From Thermoprotei archaeon (GTDB taxonomy: Archaea > Thermoproteota > Thermoprotei_A > EX4484-217-1), in the NCBI GenBank assembly GCA_021158265.1, contig JAGGUY010000001.1, positions 1 through 48,052 of the forward strand: a DNA stretch of 48,052 nt. Direction: 5' to 3'. Both the position numbers and the translations under genes were made by a program. Positions 26,219 through 34,790 of the stretch are shown piece after piece. The notes beneath the pieces are model-generated. The model saw only the letters and a list, made by a program, of their open reading frames with translations. It made no database searches and had not been told where the DNA came from. Position 1 is the first letter of the stretch. Every line of letters starts with the position of its first letter.

Positions 26219-27358
26219 TTGGCTATGGTAGTGCCGGGGATTAAGTGCCAACCCATACCTCCATGTCCTAAGAGAATGCTCAATGGTCCATGTGGTGGTG
26301 TTAGAGAAGGCTATACATGTGAGGTTGATGGTAGAAGATGTGTATGGATTGATGCCTTTATAGAAGCTAAAAGAAGGGGTAATCTTAAGCCATTCACTGA
26401 AGTACTTCTTGATGCTAATTTTAAAGTTAGAGATTATAAGCCAAAAACAAGAGAACCAAAAAGTAAGGTCATGAAGCTCCTTTTAGAGAGAAAGTATATT
26501 TTAGCTTTTGAAGTTGAAACCGGAAGAAACATTGACTTAACAAGGTTTAAAGAACTTTCACGAGAACTTTCACCATATTATGATACTTTAACATTTACAG
26601 ACAATCCTGTGGGAAGCATAGAAATAGACCCTTTAGCTCCTGCAATAATTTCTCAAAACAATGGTGTTGAATCAATACTTCATGTTACATGTAAGAATAG
26701 AGATAGAGTTGCTTTAACATCCTACCTTATGGCAGCAGCTGCCGCAGGAATTAGAAACATAATAGCTGTTACAGGAGATTGGCCCTTCCTATCAGGAGCT
26801 AAATACATGTTTCCATCATTCGATTTAGATGCTGTAAGACTAATTTACTTAGCAAGACTTATGACGGATCTTCATGTTGATTTCTCAGGTAGAAGAATTG
26901 AAGGTAATCCTTTCTTCCATGTTTTTACAGCGTTTAATCCGCATTTTGCACCTTTAGAGCTGGAAGTGCTTAAGTTAATTAAGAAGATTAAAGCTGGAGC
27001 TGAGGCTGCATTTTCACAACCAATATATTCAGTATTAACTTGGAGGAAAGTTAAGAAGTATTTTAAAGAGTATGGTATTAAAGTACCCGTGGTTGTAGGG
27101 CTAATGCCTGTTAAATCTATTAAAATGGCTAAGGTTCTAATGAGAGAGTTAGGAATCCATATACCGGAGGAATATGTTAGGTTCTTAAATGGCAATAAGA
27201 GTTATGAGGAAATATACAGTTTTAATATTGAATATTTTAGAAAGCTTGCTGAAAACCTTATGGCAGAACATGATGGTATCAGCGGATTTCATGTGTTAAC
27301 ATTTGGAGATTTAAAGCTTGCAAGCGAGCTAGGTAGGTGTTTAAGGAAATTAAGATAG
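26219..27358 (+). CDS. methylenetetrahydrofolate(-like) reductase with fused N-terminal MetV-type Cys-rich domain (MetV-MetF fusion)
   Basis: N-terminus CPKRMLNGPCGG...C..C (MetV / MTHFR_C-type motif), followed by a MetF TIM-barrel-like body (TFTDNP, HVTCKNRDR, IIAVTGD). TTG 26219 or ATG 26225 may be the start. Confidence 0.75.
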   Translation: MAMVVPGIKCQPIPPCPKRMLNGPCGGVREGYTCEVDGRRCVWIDAFIEAKRRGNLKPFTEVLLDANFKVRDYKPKTREPKSKVMKLLLERKYILAFEVETGRNIDLTRFKELSRELSPYYDTLTFTDNPVGSIEIDPLAPAIISQNNGVESILHVTCKNRDRVALTSYLMAAAAAGIRNIIAVTGDWPFLSGAKYMFPSFDLDAVRLIYLARLMTDLHVDFSGRRIEGNPFFHVFTAFNPHFAPLELEVLKLIKKIKAGAEAAFSQPIYSVLTWRKVKKYFKEYGIKVPVVVGLMPVKSIKMAKVLMRELGIHIPEEYVRFLNGNKSYEEIYSFNIEYFRKLAENLMAEHDGISGFHVLTFGDLKLASELGRCLRKLR

Positions 27359-28321
27359 TAACAATGTGATTTCATAATCTAGCTTCTCAAGAAACTGATA
27401 TAGTTTTTCAAACGGTATTCTAGCCCCCGCAGCTAATGGATGACCTCCCCCAGACCCTTCAAATTCTAAAGCTATTCTTCTTAATAATATGTTTAAGTTT
27501 ATTCTCTTATCGGAGCATCTAATACTTAGAATCGCTATGTTCCTTTTAATTTCAATAGCCACACCTACAGGCTTTCCTAAATAGGCTTTAACATAAGTTG
27601 CTGCCCTAGTTAAACTACCTTTAGGGTTAATAACGTATGCTAAATTTTTTAATGCCTTAGCTTGCTTCTTAATATCTAACCTCATTTCTTCCTCGCTAAC
27701 CGATTCCATGAGAGCTCTCACAATAAGCTCGCTCATTTCGCTAGGAAGTCTATTTTCAGAAAGATGTTTCACTACCCTTCTTTTAAATTCATAGAGCTTT
27801 CGTGCACCCTCTAAGCCTTGGCTTAGAACTCCAGCTTCGAAATATATTGTTCTCTTATCCCAGTTTTCTAAAGTCTTTTTAACCCATGGTGTTTCATCGA
27901 GATAGTCCGATATAGCTCCATATATTGCAACCCTACTCATATCCTCGTCAAGAAGGTTTTCGAAGAACTTAAATGTTAACTCTGAGGTCGAAACTTTCTC
28001 GTCATGAACTATGTTCATAGGGAATTCTTTAAGCTTAATACTTAAGGGCTCAGGATGGTGATCAATATATGTTATTTCAACGCCTTTCCTAGATAAGTAT
28101 CCTATGAGCTTTAATAGATCTTCTAAATGTTTTTCGCTCAACGCAACATCAAGTATGAAAACTTTATTTTCATGTTTAACATTGTGAAGAAGATCTTCGT
28201 AAAGCCCTACAGGATGTGTGAAAAACACTTTCCCATTACCTTTAAGTGTAACTAGTGTTAATGCTGCTGAAACTATGCCATCAGCATCTCCATGGGCGAA
28301 AATTATTGCTGACAAAAACAA
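27350..28321 (-). CDS. DHH/DHHA1 family phosphoesterase (NrnA / RecJ-like)
   Basis: Motifs HGDADG, ILDVA, IDHHPE and GSGGGHPLAAG. Confidence 0.8.
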   Translation of the reverse strand: MFLSAIIFAHGDADGIVSAALTLVTLKGNGKVFFTHPVGLYEDLLHNVKHENKVFILDVALSEKHLEDLLKLIGYLSRKGVEITYIDHHPEPLSIKLKEFPMNIVHDEKVSTSELTFKFFENLLDEDMSRVAIYGAISDYLDETPWVKKTLENWDKRTIYFEAGVLSQGLEGARKLYEFKRRVVKHLSENRLPSEMSELIVRALMESVSEEEMRLDIKKQAKALKNLAYVINPKGSLTRAATYVKAYLGKPVGVAIEIKRNIAILSIRCSDKRINLNILLRRIALEFEGSGGGHPLAAGARIPFEKLYQFLEKLDYEITLLLS

Positions 28322-28438
28322 TCAGCCTACATTATAGCAATATGTTGTTAAGCGGTTTATAAGTTATTTCGGAATGGAACATTTGAAATTATGCTTAAAT
28401 ACCACTAGGATCTATCGTTTGGATAGGGTGTACAAACG

Positions 28439-29596
28439 GTGTCTCCGATAAAAGCTAATTTAGCTATCATAATTGCTGCCTTAGTGTTGGGGCTAATATT
28501 AGGGGCAAGTTTAACGTACTTTGCGGTACCATTAAAGGAAGGAACGACAACAACGTTAACTACTACGATAACTCTAAAACAAACCCCATCAACGATCATT
28601 AAAACTAAAACGGTTCTTGCAACAACAACCATTAAACCAGAATATCCCATTACAATTGTTGATGCCTTAGGCAGAATTGTTGTAATTAAAGAGGAACCCA
28701 AAAGGATAGTAACTTTATCTCCAGCTATAACAGAGGATGTTTTTGCCTTAGGTTTAGGTAAATATGTTGTAGGTGTTGATAGTTTTTCAAACTATCCGCC
28801 AGAGGTTATTAAGTTAAAGGATGAAGGGAGAATAGCTGATGTAGGAGGGTATTGGCAGCCTGATTTAGAGAAAATTGTTGAATTAAATCCTGACTTAATA
28901 CTCGCAGATGCTGGTGCTCATGCTAAACTTCGTGAAAAATTCATGGAGCTGGGATTAACTGTGGTTTATGTTAAGGGTGGTTCAGCAAGTTCATTAGAGG
29001 ATATACTGTCGGATTTAGGCTTAATAGCTCAAATATTTCATGTAGAGGAGAAGGCTGAAGAAGTTTCTAAGGAATTACTAGCACAAATACAAGATGTAGA
29101 AGAGAAACTAACTAGAGCTAATGCAACCAAGGTTAAGGTCCTAGTGCTTCTAGGTCCACCATCATGGGGCTACTGGAGTGCTGGTTCCGGAACATTCATT
29201 AATTACGTTATAAATGTTGCCGGAGGAGTGAATATCGCTGCAAAATATCATGGATGGGTTAAGCTAAGCTTAGAGGACATAGTTTCCGAAAACCCCGATG
29301 TAATAATTGTTTCCCTTATGGCTTCATCTGAGGAGGCTAAGAAAGTAATCGAAAACATAATGTCCTCAGAACTTGCCAGCACTAATGCTGTGAAAAAGGG
29401 GAATGTGTTTGTTCTTATAAACGAGGCAAACGATGTACTTATGAGGCCTGGTCCGCGAATCGTTGAAGCATCTAAGATCATGGCACAAATACTTCACAGT
29501 GAAGTTTTCGGCGAAATTTCGAGAAACGACGTTATTAAGCTAAGCCCTACGCTCTCTCATAACACTTATGTCGGTGAAAGTATAGCTATCGCATAG
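28439..29596 (+). CDS. ABC transporter substrate-binding protein, cluster A-II (BtuF/FhuD-like; cobalamin, siderophore or heme type)
   Basis: GTG start, N-terminal anchor, Thr-rich linker, then RIVTLSPAITEDVFALGL and PDLILA, typical of the PF01497-type fold. Confidence 0.75.
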   Translation: MSPIKANLAIIIAALVLGLILGASLTYFAVPLKEGTTTTLTTTITLKQTPSTIIKTKTVLATTTIKPEYPITIVDALGRIVVIKEEPKRIVTLSPAITEDVFALGLGKYVVGVDSFSNYPPEVIKLKDEGRIADVGGYWQPDLEKIVELNPDLILADAGAHAKLREKFMELGLTVVYVKGGSASSLEDILSDLGLIAQIFHVEEKAEEVSKELLAQIQDVEEKLTRANATKVKVLVLLGPPSWGYWSAGSGTFINYVINVAGGVNIAAKYHGWVKLSLEDIVSENPDVIIVSLMASSEEAKKVIENIMSSELASTNAVKKGNVFVLINEANDVLMRPGPRIVEASKIMAQILHSEVFGEISRNDVIKLSPTLSHNTYVGESIAIA

Positions 29597-29609
29597 GGTT
29601 TAAAGCACA

Positions 29610-30644
29610 ATGCATAACCTTAAGCATTATTTTAAGTCGAAGAAGAAGAAATTTTTTATTACACTCTCTCTTTTAATTATTTCTCTAGTATTTACACTAA
29701 TGGTTTCATTAAGTGTAGGTTCTCTAAGTATAAGTGTTGATAAAGTATTCTTAGCACTAACAGGTTCCTTACAAGATAAAAGGCTGTCTCACATAATTTT
29801 AGATATAAGGCTCTCGAGAACTTTAGCGTCAATCTTTATTGGAGCGTCTTTAGCTGTTTCAGGAGTTTTGATTCAGAGCGTCACTAGAAATGCCTTAGCC
29901 GAACCGTTTTTATTAGGGCTATCTTCTGGGGCATTAGCCTTTATGGCTTTAGCCATACTTATTATTCCATCAGCTATTTTATCAATACACTACATATCAG
30001 CTATTGCTTTTGTAGGGGCTTTAGCGGCTTTTGCCCTCACGTTAATGCTAAGCGAAGCTGTAGGGGGATCAGCTACGAGCCTTATACTTGCAGGTATTGC
30101 TGTAACTTCGGGGTTTTCGGGAATTTCTAGTTTATTAGCCTTCATAGTTCAGGCGAAACTTAACAGACCATTCCTAATTCTCCTCCTAGGGAGTTTAGCT
30201 CAAATCTTAAAAGCACAAGTAATAATGTTAGCTTCAGTTTTCACGGTAGGGTTTATTGCTTCCATAGCTCTAGCTAAGAGATTGAATGCGATAATGTTTG
30301 GTGATGAACATTCGCTTCAGTTAGGATATAATCCCAGAACAACAAGGCTTATTTCGTCCCTTCTTGCAGCGTTACTTACAAGCGTTAGCGTAGCGGTGGC
30401 CGGGATAATAGGCTTTATAGGGTTAGTGGTGCCTCATATAGCTAGGTTAATGATAGGGAACGATAATAGATTCGTAATTCCGCTTTCAGCACTCTTAGGC
30501 TCAATAATACTTTGCCTCTCAGATATTTCTGTAAGGTTGGCTTCTGAAGGTTTAGCTATAGGCGAAATACCTGTTGGAGCAGTAACTAGCGCATTAGGGG
30601 CTCCATTTTTTGCCTACCTATTAATGGCTAAGGTGAAATCCTAA
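29610..30644 (+). CDS. FecCD/BtuC family ABC permease
   Basis: 344 aa, about 9-10 TM segments. Contains LSRTLASIFIGASLAVSGVLIQSVTRNALAEPFLLG and GFIGLVVPHIAR. Confidence 0.9.
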   Translation: MHNLKHYFKSKKKKFFITLSLLIISLVFTLMVSLSVGSLSISVDKVFLALTGSLQDKRLSHIILDIRLSRTLASIFIGASLAVSGVLIQSVTRNALAEPFLLGLSSGALAFMALAILIIPSAILSIHYISAIAFVGALAAFALTLMLSEAVGGSATSLILAGIAVTSGFSGISSLLAFIVQAKLNRPFLILLLGSLAQILKAQVIMLASVFTVGFIASIALAKRLNAIMFGDEHSLQLGYNPRTTRLISSLLAALLTSVSVAVAGIIGFIGLVVPHIARLMIGNDNRFVIPLSALLGSIILCLSDISVRLASEGLAIGEIPVGAVTSALGAPFFAYLLMAKVKS

Positions 30645-31418
30645 ATGTTCTGTGTTAGTGTAGAAGAATTGGCTTTTAAATATAAGGGAGGGTTTGAGCT
30701 TGGAAAGGTGAGTTTGAGATTTTGCGAATCGGAAATTACAGCGGTATTGGGTCCTAACGGTGCTGGTAAGACTACTTTTCTTAAATGTCTAGCTAGAATT
30801 CTTAAACCCTTAGAAGGCGTTGTGTACATTGGCAATAAGGAACTATGGAGTTTAAGTTTAAATGAAGTAGCAAAAAGCATCGGTTTTTCAGAAGTAGAAG
30901 TACCTCAAGGATTCAATGTTAAAGTAGTAGACTTCATATCCACAAGTAGATATCCTCACATGAGAACTTTTTGGGAAACCGAGAATGATGTGGAACAAAT
31001 TATTGGGTCTATTAAGAGACTGAAGCTGGAAAGCTTATCTCAGAGAAAATTAGAGGAATTAAGTAGTGGGGAATTCCAAAGAGTAATCATAGCTAAAATC
31101 CTAGCAAAAAACCCTAAGATACTTCTTTTAGACGAGCCAACACTTCACTTAGACATAAAATATCAATTAGAAATTCTAAAGACTATAAGTGAAATAACCA
31201 AGGAGAAAAAATTAGTGACAATAATTACTCTTCACGATTTAAAATTGGCCTCACTATTTGCTGATAAAGTGGTTCTTTTGAAAAATGGCAAAGTAGTAGC
31301 TTTTGGCAAACCAAATGAAGTATTAACTCCGGAGAACATAGAAAGAGTTTACGAGGTAAAAGTAAAGGTTATAAGAGATAAGGAGGCAGGTATGATAATT
31401 ACGCCCTTAATTAAATAA
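30645..31418 (+). CDS. ABC transporter ATP-binding protein (BtuD/FepC type)
   Basis: Walker A GPNGAGKTT, signature LSSGEFQR, Walker B LLLDEPTLHLD. Confidence 0.9.
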   Translation: MFCVSVEELAFKYKGGFELGKVSLRFCESEITAVLGPNGAGKTTFLKCLARILKPLEGVVYIGNKELWSLSLNEVAKSIGFSEVEVPQGFNVKVVDFISTSRYPHMRTFWETENDVEQIIGSIKRLKLESLSQRKLEELSSGEFQRVIIAKILAKNPKILLLDEPTLHLDIKYQLEILKTISEITKEKKLVTIITLHDLKLASLFADKVVLLKNGKVVAFGKPNEVLTPENIERVYEVKVKVIRDKEAGMIITPLIK

Positions 31419-32142
31419 TCTTAGCTCCTATAAATGAAAGCTTAATGCTATTTAGCTTATTGAATTCTAAGAGTGCATCTTTAATCTTGTCTTTCTTAAT
31501 CAAATTGCTTATAATTATTAGGCGTTCATAATCGTCAACAGTGAAGTCATCCACCCTATACATTATAGCTGAGCACGTTGTAGTTATTACAGCGCTTATT
31601 AATCCCTGATTTGAGAAAATATCTAACGAAGAGATTATGTCCTTATGTGAGAAGAAGCAATGGGGTGAAGGATGAGTATGCGCCATAACATACGCTTTTA
31701 TGAACGGAATTCTAACCTTATCTATTTCTCCTTCAAGAAGAACACCTATTTTCTTAGGAATTATTAGTAGCATATACTCTACGTGTTTCATGTCAGTTAC
31801 TCTAGCTTTATCCTTAAGTAACGGTATAATATTGTTCATGAAAACTTCAAGAGCGCGTTCATACATGCTTCTCCATAATATTGCATGATGTGGTTCGTTC
31901 GAGAAAAACAATATTTTCAATCCCTCCTTAGGTGGGGGGAGTCTTCTATTTTTGAGAGCTTGAGGTATGTAGACAGTAACTTGTCCGCCATTCCAGCTAT
32001 GGTATTCGTAAAAATTTTCACTAATGTAAAAAGTGTTTAAACCATGTATTTCCATAAGATCCTCACAAAATGATATTATATTTCCAGCTATGGCTAACCA
32101 TTTTATACTCTTATTTTCAACTATGAAATTTTCCTTCTTCAT
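31411..32142 (-). CDS. JAMM/MPN+ motif protein with an uncharacterised ~110-aa N-terminal region
   Basis: HTHPSPHCFFSHKD fits HxHx7Sx2D exactly. The upstream GVLLEGE could supply the catalytic Glu. Confidence 0.55.
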   Translation of the reverse strand: MKKENFIVENKSIKWLAIAGNIISFCEDLMEIHGLNTFYISENFYEYHSWNGGQVTVYIPQALKNRRLPPPKEGLKILFFSNEPHHAILWRSMYERALEVFMNNIIPLLKDKARVTDMKHVEYMLLIIPKKIGVLLEGEIDKVRIPFIKAYVMAHTHPSPHCFFSHKDIISSLDIFSNQGLISAVITTTCSAIMYRVDDFTVDDYERLIIISNLIKKDKIKDALLEFNKLNSIKLSFIGAKII

Positions 32143-32155
32143 ACATTACCCATCT

Positions 32156-33319
32156 TCATAATGATTCTAGATATAGCTTCTTTATCTCCTCTCTTGTCGG
32201 AACCTTTGGATTATTATAGACTAATGGTCTCATGTAGTCAAGCACGTCATCTACAAACTTGCCGATGTCCTTCTCTGAGACACCAAAATCGCTAAGTCTA
32301 ACGTTTAAACCTATACTGTTTCTTAGCTTAAGTATATAATCATATACTGACATTGCTATGTATCTTTGAGGCATTGTTGTAACTTTTAATCCCATCACCT
32401 CGGCTATTTCTACAAAATCTTCTATTGCTGCGTCTAGCGTGAACTTAAGCCATGCTGGTAAAAGCGCCGCTAACCCCATACCGTGGTGTACTTTCTCGTA
32501 ATGCGCGCTTATGGGATGTTCCATAGCGTGACAAAGAGCTGTTCTGGACTGATCTATAGCTAAGCCTGCCATCATGCTCGCCCATAGGAGCCTCGTTCTT
32601 GCTTGAATGTTTATTCCTCTCTTAACTACTACCTCAATGTTTTCTACAATGTTCCTTATGGCTTCGGCTGCGAACATTCTGGCTAACCTATTCGTTCTCC
32701 TGCTAACATATGATTCGAGAGCATGAGCTAAAGCGTCAAAAGCTGTAGCAGCAGAGAGTGTTGGTGGTAGTGTAAGTGTTGTTTCTGGATCTAGAACGGC
32801 AACTTTGGGATAAATGAGTTTGCTGACAACAGAAACTTTCGCTTTTCTTTCTACATCTGTTATTACAGCGTACTTGTTGACTTCGCTCCCTGTACCGTGT
32901 GTTGTAGGTATTGCAACTATAGGGTAAGCTTCTGAAAACTCTTTCTTACCTCTCAAGTAATCAGTAAGTTTTCCTCCGGAAGCCAATGTTGCTGCTACAG
33001 CTTTTGCTGAATCAATTGCGCTACCTCCACCTAACCCTATGAAAAGGTCGCAACCGTTCTTCTCAGCGAAGGCAATGGCTCTTTCTACTTCATCTGATCT
33101 AGGATTTGATGAGATGTCTGTGAACATGCAGTATTTAAGCCCTGCTTTTTCTAAGCTTACACGCAAAGTACTATAGTATCCGTACTTTATCATTGAGCCT
33201 CCACGAGTCATTATAACCATGGCTTTAGCTCCGAGATTATCAATATGCTCATGGACTTTCGATAGAGAGCCTCTTTCAAATATTATCTTGGTGGGTAAGC
33301 TGAACTCTATACTAAACAT
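32156..33319 (-). CDS. iron-containing (group III) alcohol dehydrogenase
   Basis: 387 aa. Contains GLGGGSAIDSAKAV, PTTHGTGSE and the His-rich metal site HALESY...CHAMEHPISAHY. Confidence 0.85.
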   Translation of the reverse strand: MFSIEFSLPTKIIFERGSLSKVHEHIDNLGAKAMVIMTRGGSMIKYGYYSTLRVSLEKAGLKYCMFTDISSNPRSDEVERAIAFAEKNGCDLFIGLGGGSAIDSAKAVAATLASGGKLTDYLRGKKEFSEAYPIVAIPTTHGTGSEVNKYAVITDVERKAKVSVVSKLIYPKVAVLDPETTLTLPPTLSAATAFDALAHALESYVSRRTNRLARMFAAEAIRNIVENIEVVVKRGINIQARTRLLWASMMAGLAIDQSRTALCHAMEHPISAHYEKVHHGMGLAALLPAWLKFTLDAAIEDFVEIAEVMGLKVTTMPQRYIAMSVYDYILKLRNSIGLNVRLSDFGVSEKDIGKFVDDVLDYMRPLVYNNPKVPTREEIKKLYLESL

Positions 33320-33393
33320 AAAACAAATACACCGAAGATAGATAGATGTTTTAGGAGAATATTAATCTTATTCTTGCAATCTTGCTTTGAAAA

Positions 33394-34758
33394 TTAAATA
33401 GTTTTATTATAAGCTGTTATGGCTTTAACGAATTTTCCATATCCTCTTTCTATCTGAAGTTCTCTATCAAGAATTACTGGAGTTCCACGTATAATGACTG
33501 TAGTAGGCCATCCGTAGAGTTCCATACCCTCGTAAGGTGTCCACGGATTCTTATAATGTAGATCTTCGGCTTTTACTTTCTTTTTAAACTCAGGATCTAT
33601 TATTAGCATATCAGCATCCGCACCTACGGCTATTTTGCCTTTCATAGGTAATCCAAAAATCTTTGCCGGATTATACATGAGAACTTCTATGAGTCTTTTA
33701 AGTGATAGTATTCCCCTCTTAAATCCGTAAGTAAAAACTACCGGTAATAATGTTTCTACTCCAGCAACACCTCCCCAAGCTTTCCAAATGTCCTCCCATC
33801 CAACATCTTTTTCCTCCCTACTACCAGGCGCATGGTCTGTTGTAACAACATCTATTAGACCGTTTGAGAGTCCTTTCCACAGAGCCTCTACATGCTCCAT
33901 AGATCTAAGAGGAGGATTCATTTTAAGTAAGGGCCCCCATTTTTTAACGTCATCATATGTGAAGAGTAAGTGATGTATGCAAACTTCTCCAGTAATATCT
34001 AGTCCGTGGGTTTTAGCGTATTTTAAAACATCTACAGCGTAGCTTGTCGTTATATGGCATAAATGCAGCCTGCCGCCTGTATATTCTACGTATCCAAGCA
34101 GTTTTTCCATAGCAACCTTTTCAGCTATAGGTGATCTTGAGAGATGATGAATTACGGGATCCTTACGCCCCGTTTTCATAGCTTCACTAATTCCGTCCTC
34201 AAGTACTGCTTCATCTTCTGCATGAACTGTCACAAGAATATCAAGCTCTTTAGTTAACTTAAGCATTTTTATGAATACATCATCGGTCGCCATATAAGGT
34301 CGGCATGTAAACATTTTATAAGCTCTTATACCTCTTTTAACAAGCTCAGGTACATTGTTTATATTCTCAGATTTTATAAAGCCTCCCTGAATCGAAAAGT
34401 CTGTGAAAGCTTCTTTCTCGCCTACTTCTATGTAGTGATTTAGGATTTCAACATTGTCTATATGGGTGTCTAAAGGCATGACGATAACTGTAGTTACCCC
34501 TCCAAAAGCGGCTGCAAGAGTTCCGTGGTAAAAATCTTCTCTATGCTTAAACCTTGGATCATAAATGTGTGCATGAACATCTATTGCCCCGGGAAGAACA
34601 AGCTTACCCTTAGCATCTATTGTTATTTCGGAATGCTCACTTACTTCCTTAGAGATACTGACAATTTTTCCCTCCCTAACACCTATTTCCCCCTCAACAA
34701 CACCCGATAATAACGCTATTTTCGCATTGATAATTTTTAGGTCAAGACTTTTACTCAT
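33394..34758 (-). CDS. cyclic amidohydrolase (dihydropyrimidinase / hydantoinase / allantoinase / dihydroorotase family)
   Basis: 454 aa. Contains PGAIDVHAHIYDP, GTLAAAFGGVTTV, AYKMF (candidate carboxylated Lys), VHAEDE, LCHITT and TDHAP. Confidence 0.8.
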   Translation of the reverse strand: MSKSLDLKIINAKIALLSGVVEGEIGVREGKIVSISKEVSEHSEITIDAKGKLVLPGAIDVHAHIYDPRFKHREDFYHGTLAAAFGGVTTVIVMPLDTHIDNVEILNHYIEVGEKEAFTDFSIQGGFIKSENINNVPELVKRGIRAYKMFTCRPYMATDDVFIKMLKLTKELDILVTVHAEDEAVLEDGISEAMKTGRKDPVIHHLSRSPIAEKVAMEKLLGYVEYTGGRLHLCHITTSYAVDVLKYAKTHGLDITGEVCIHHLLFTYDDVKKWGPLLKMNPPLRSMEHVEALWKGLSNGLIDVVTTDHAPGSREEKDVGWEDIWKAWGGVAGVETLLPVVFTYGFKRGILSLKRLIEVLMYNPAKIFGLPMKGKIAVGADADMLIIDPEFKKKVKAEDLHYKNPWTPYEGMELYGWPTTVIIRGTPVILDRELQIERGYGKFVKAITAYNKTI

Positions 34759-34790
34759 GGTTAAACAAACCTCTACACTTCATTTATTAG

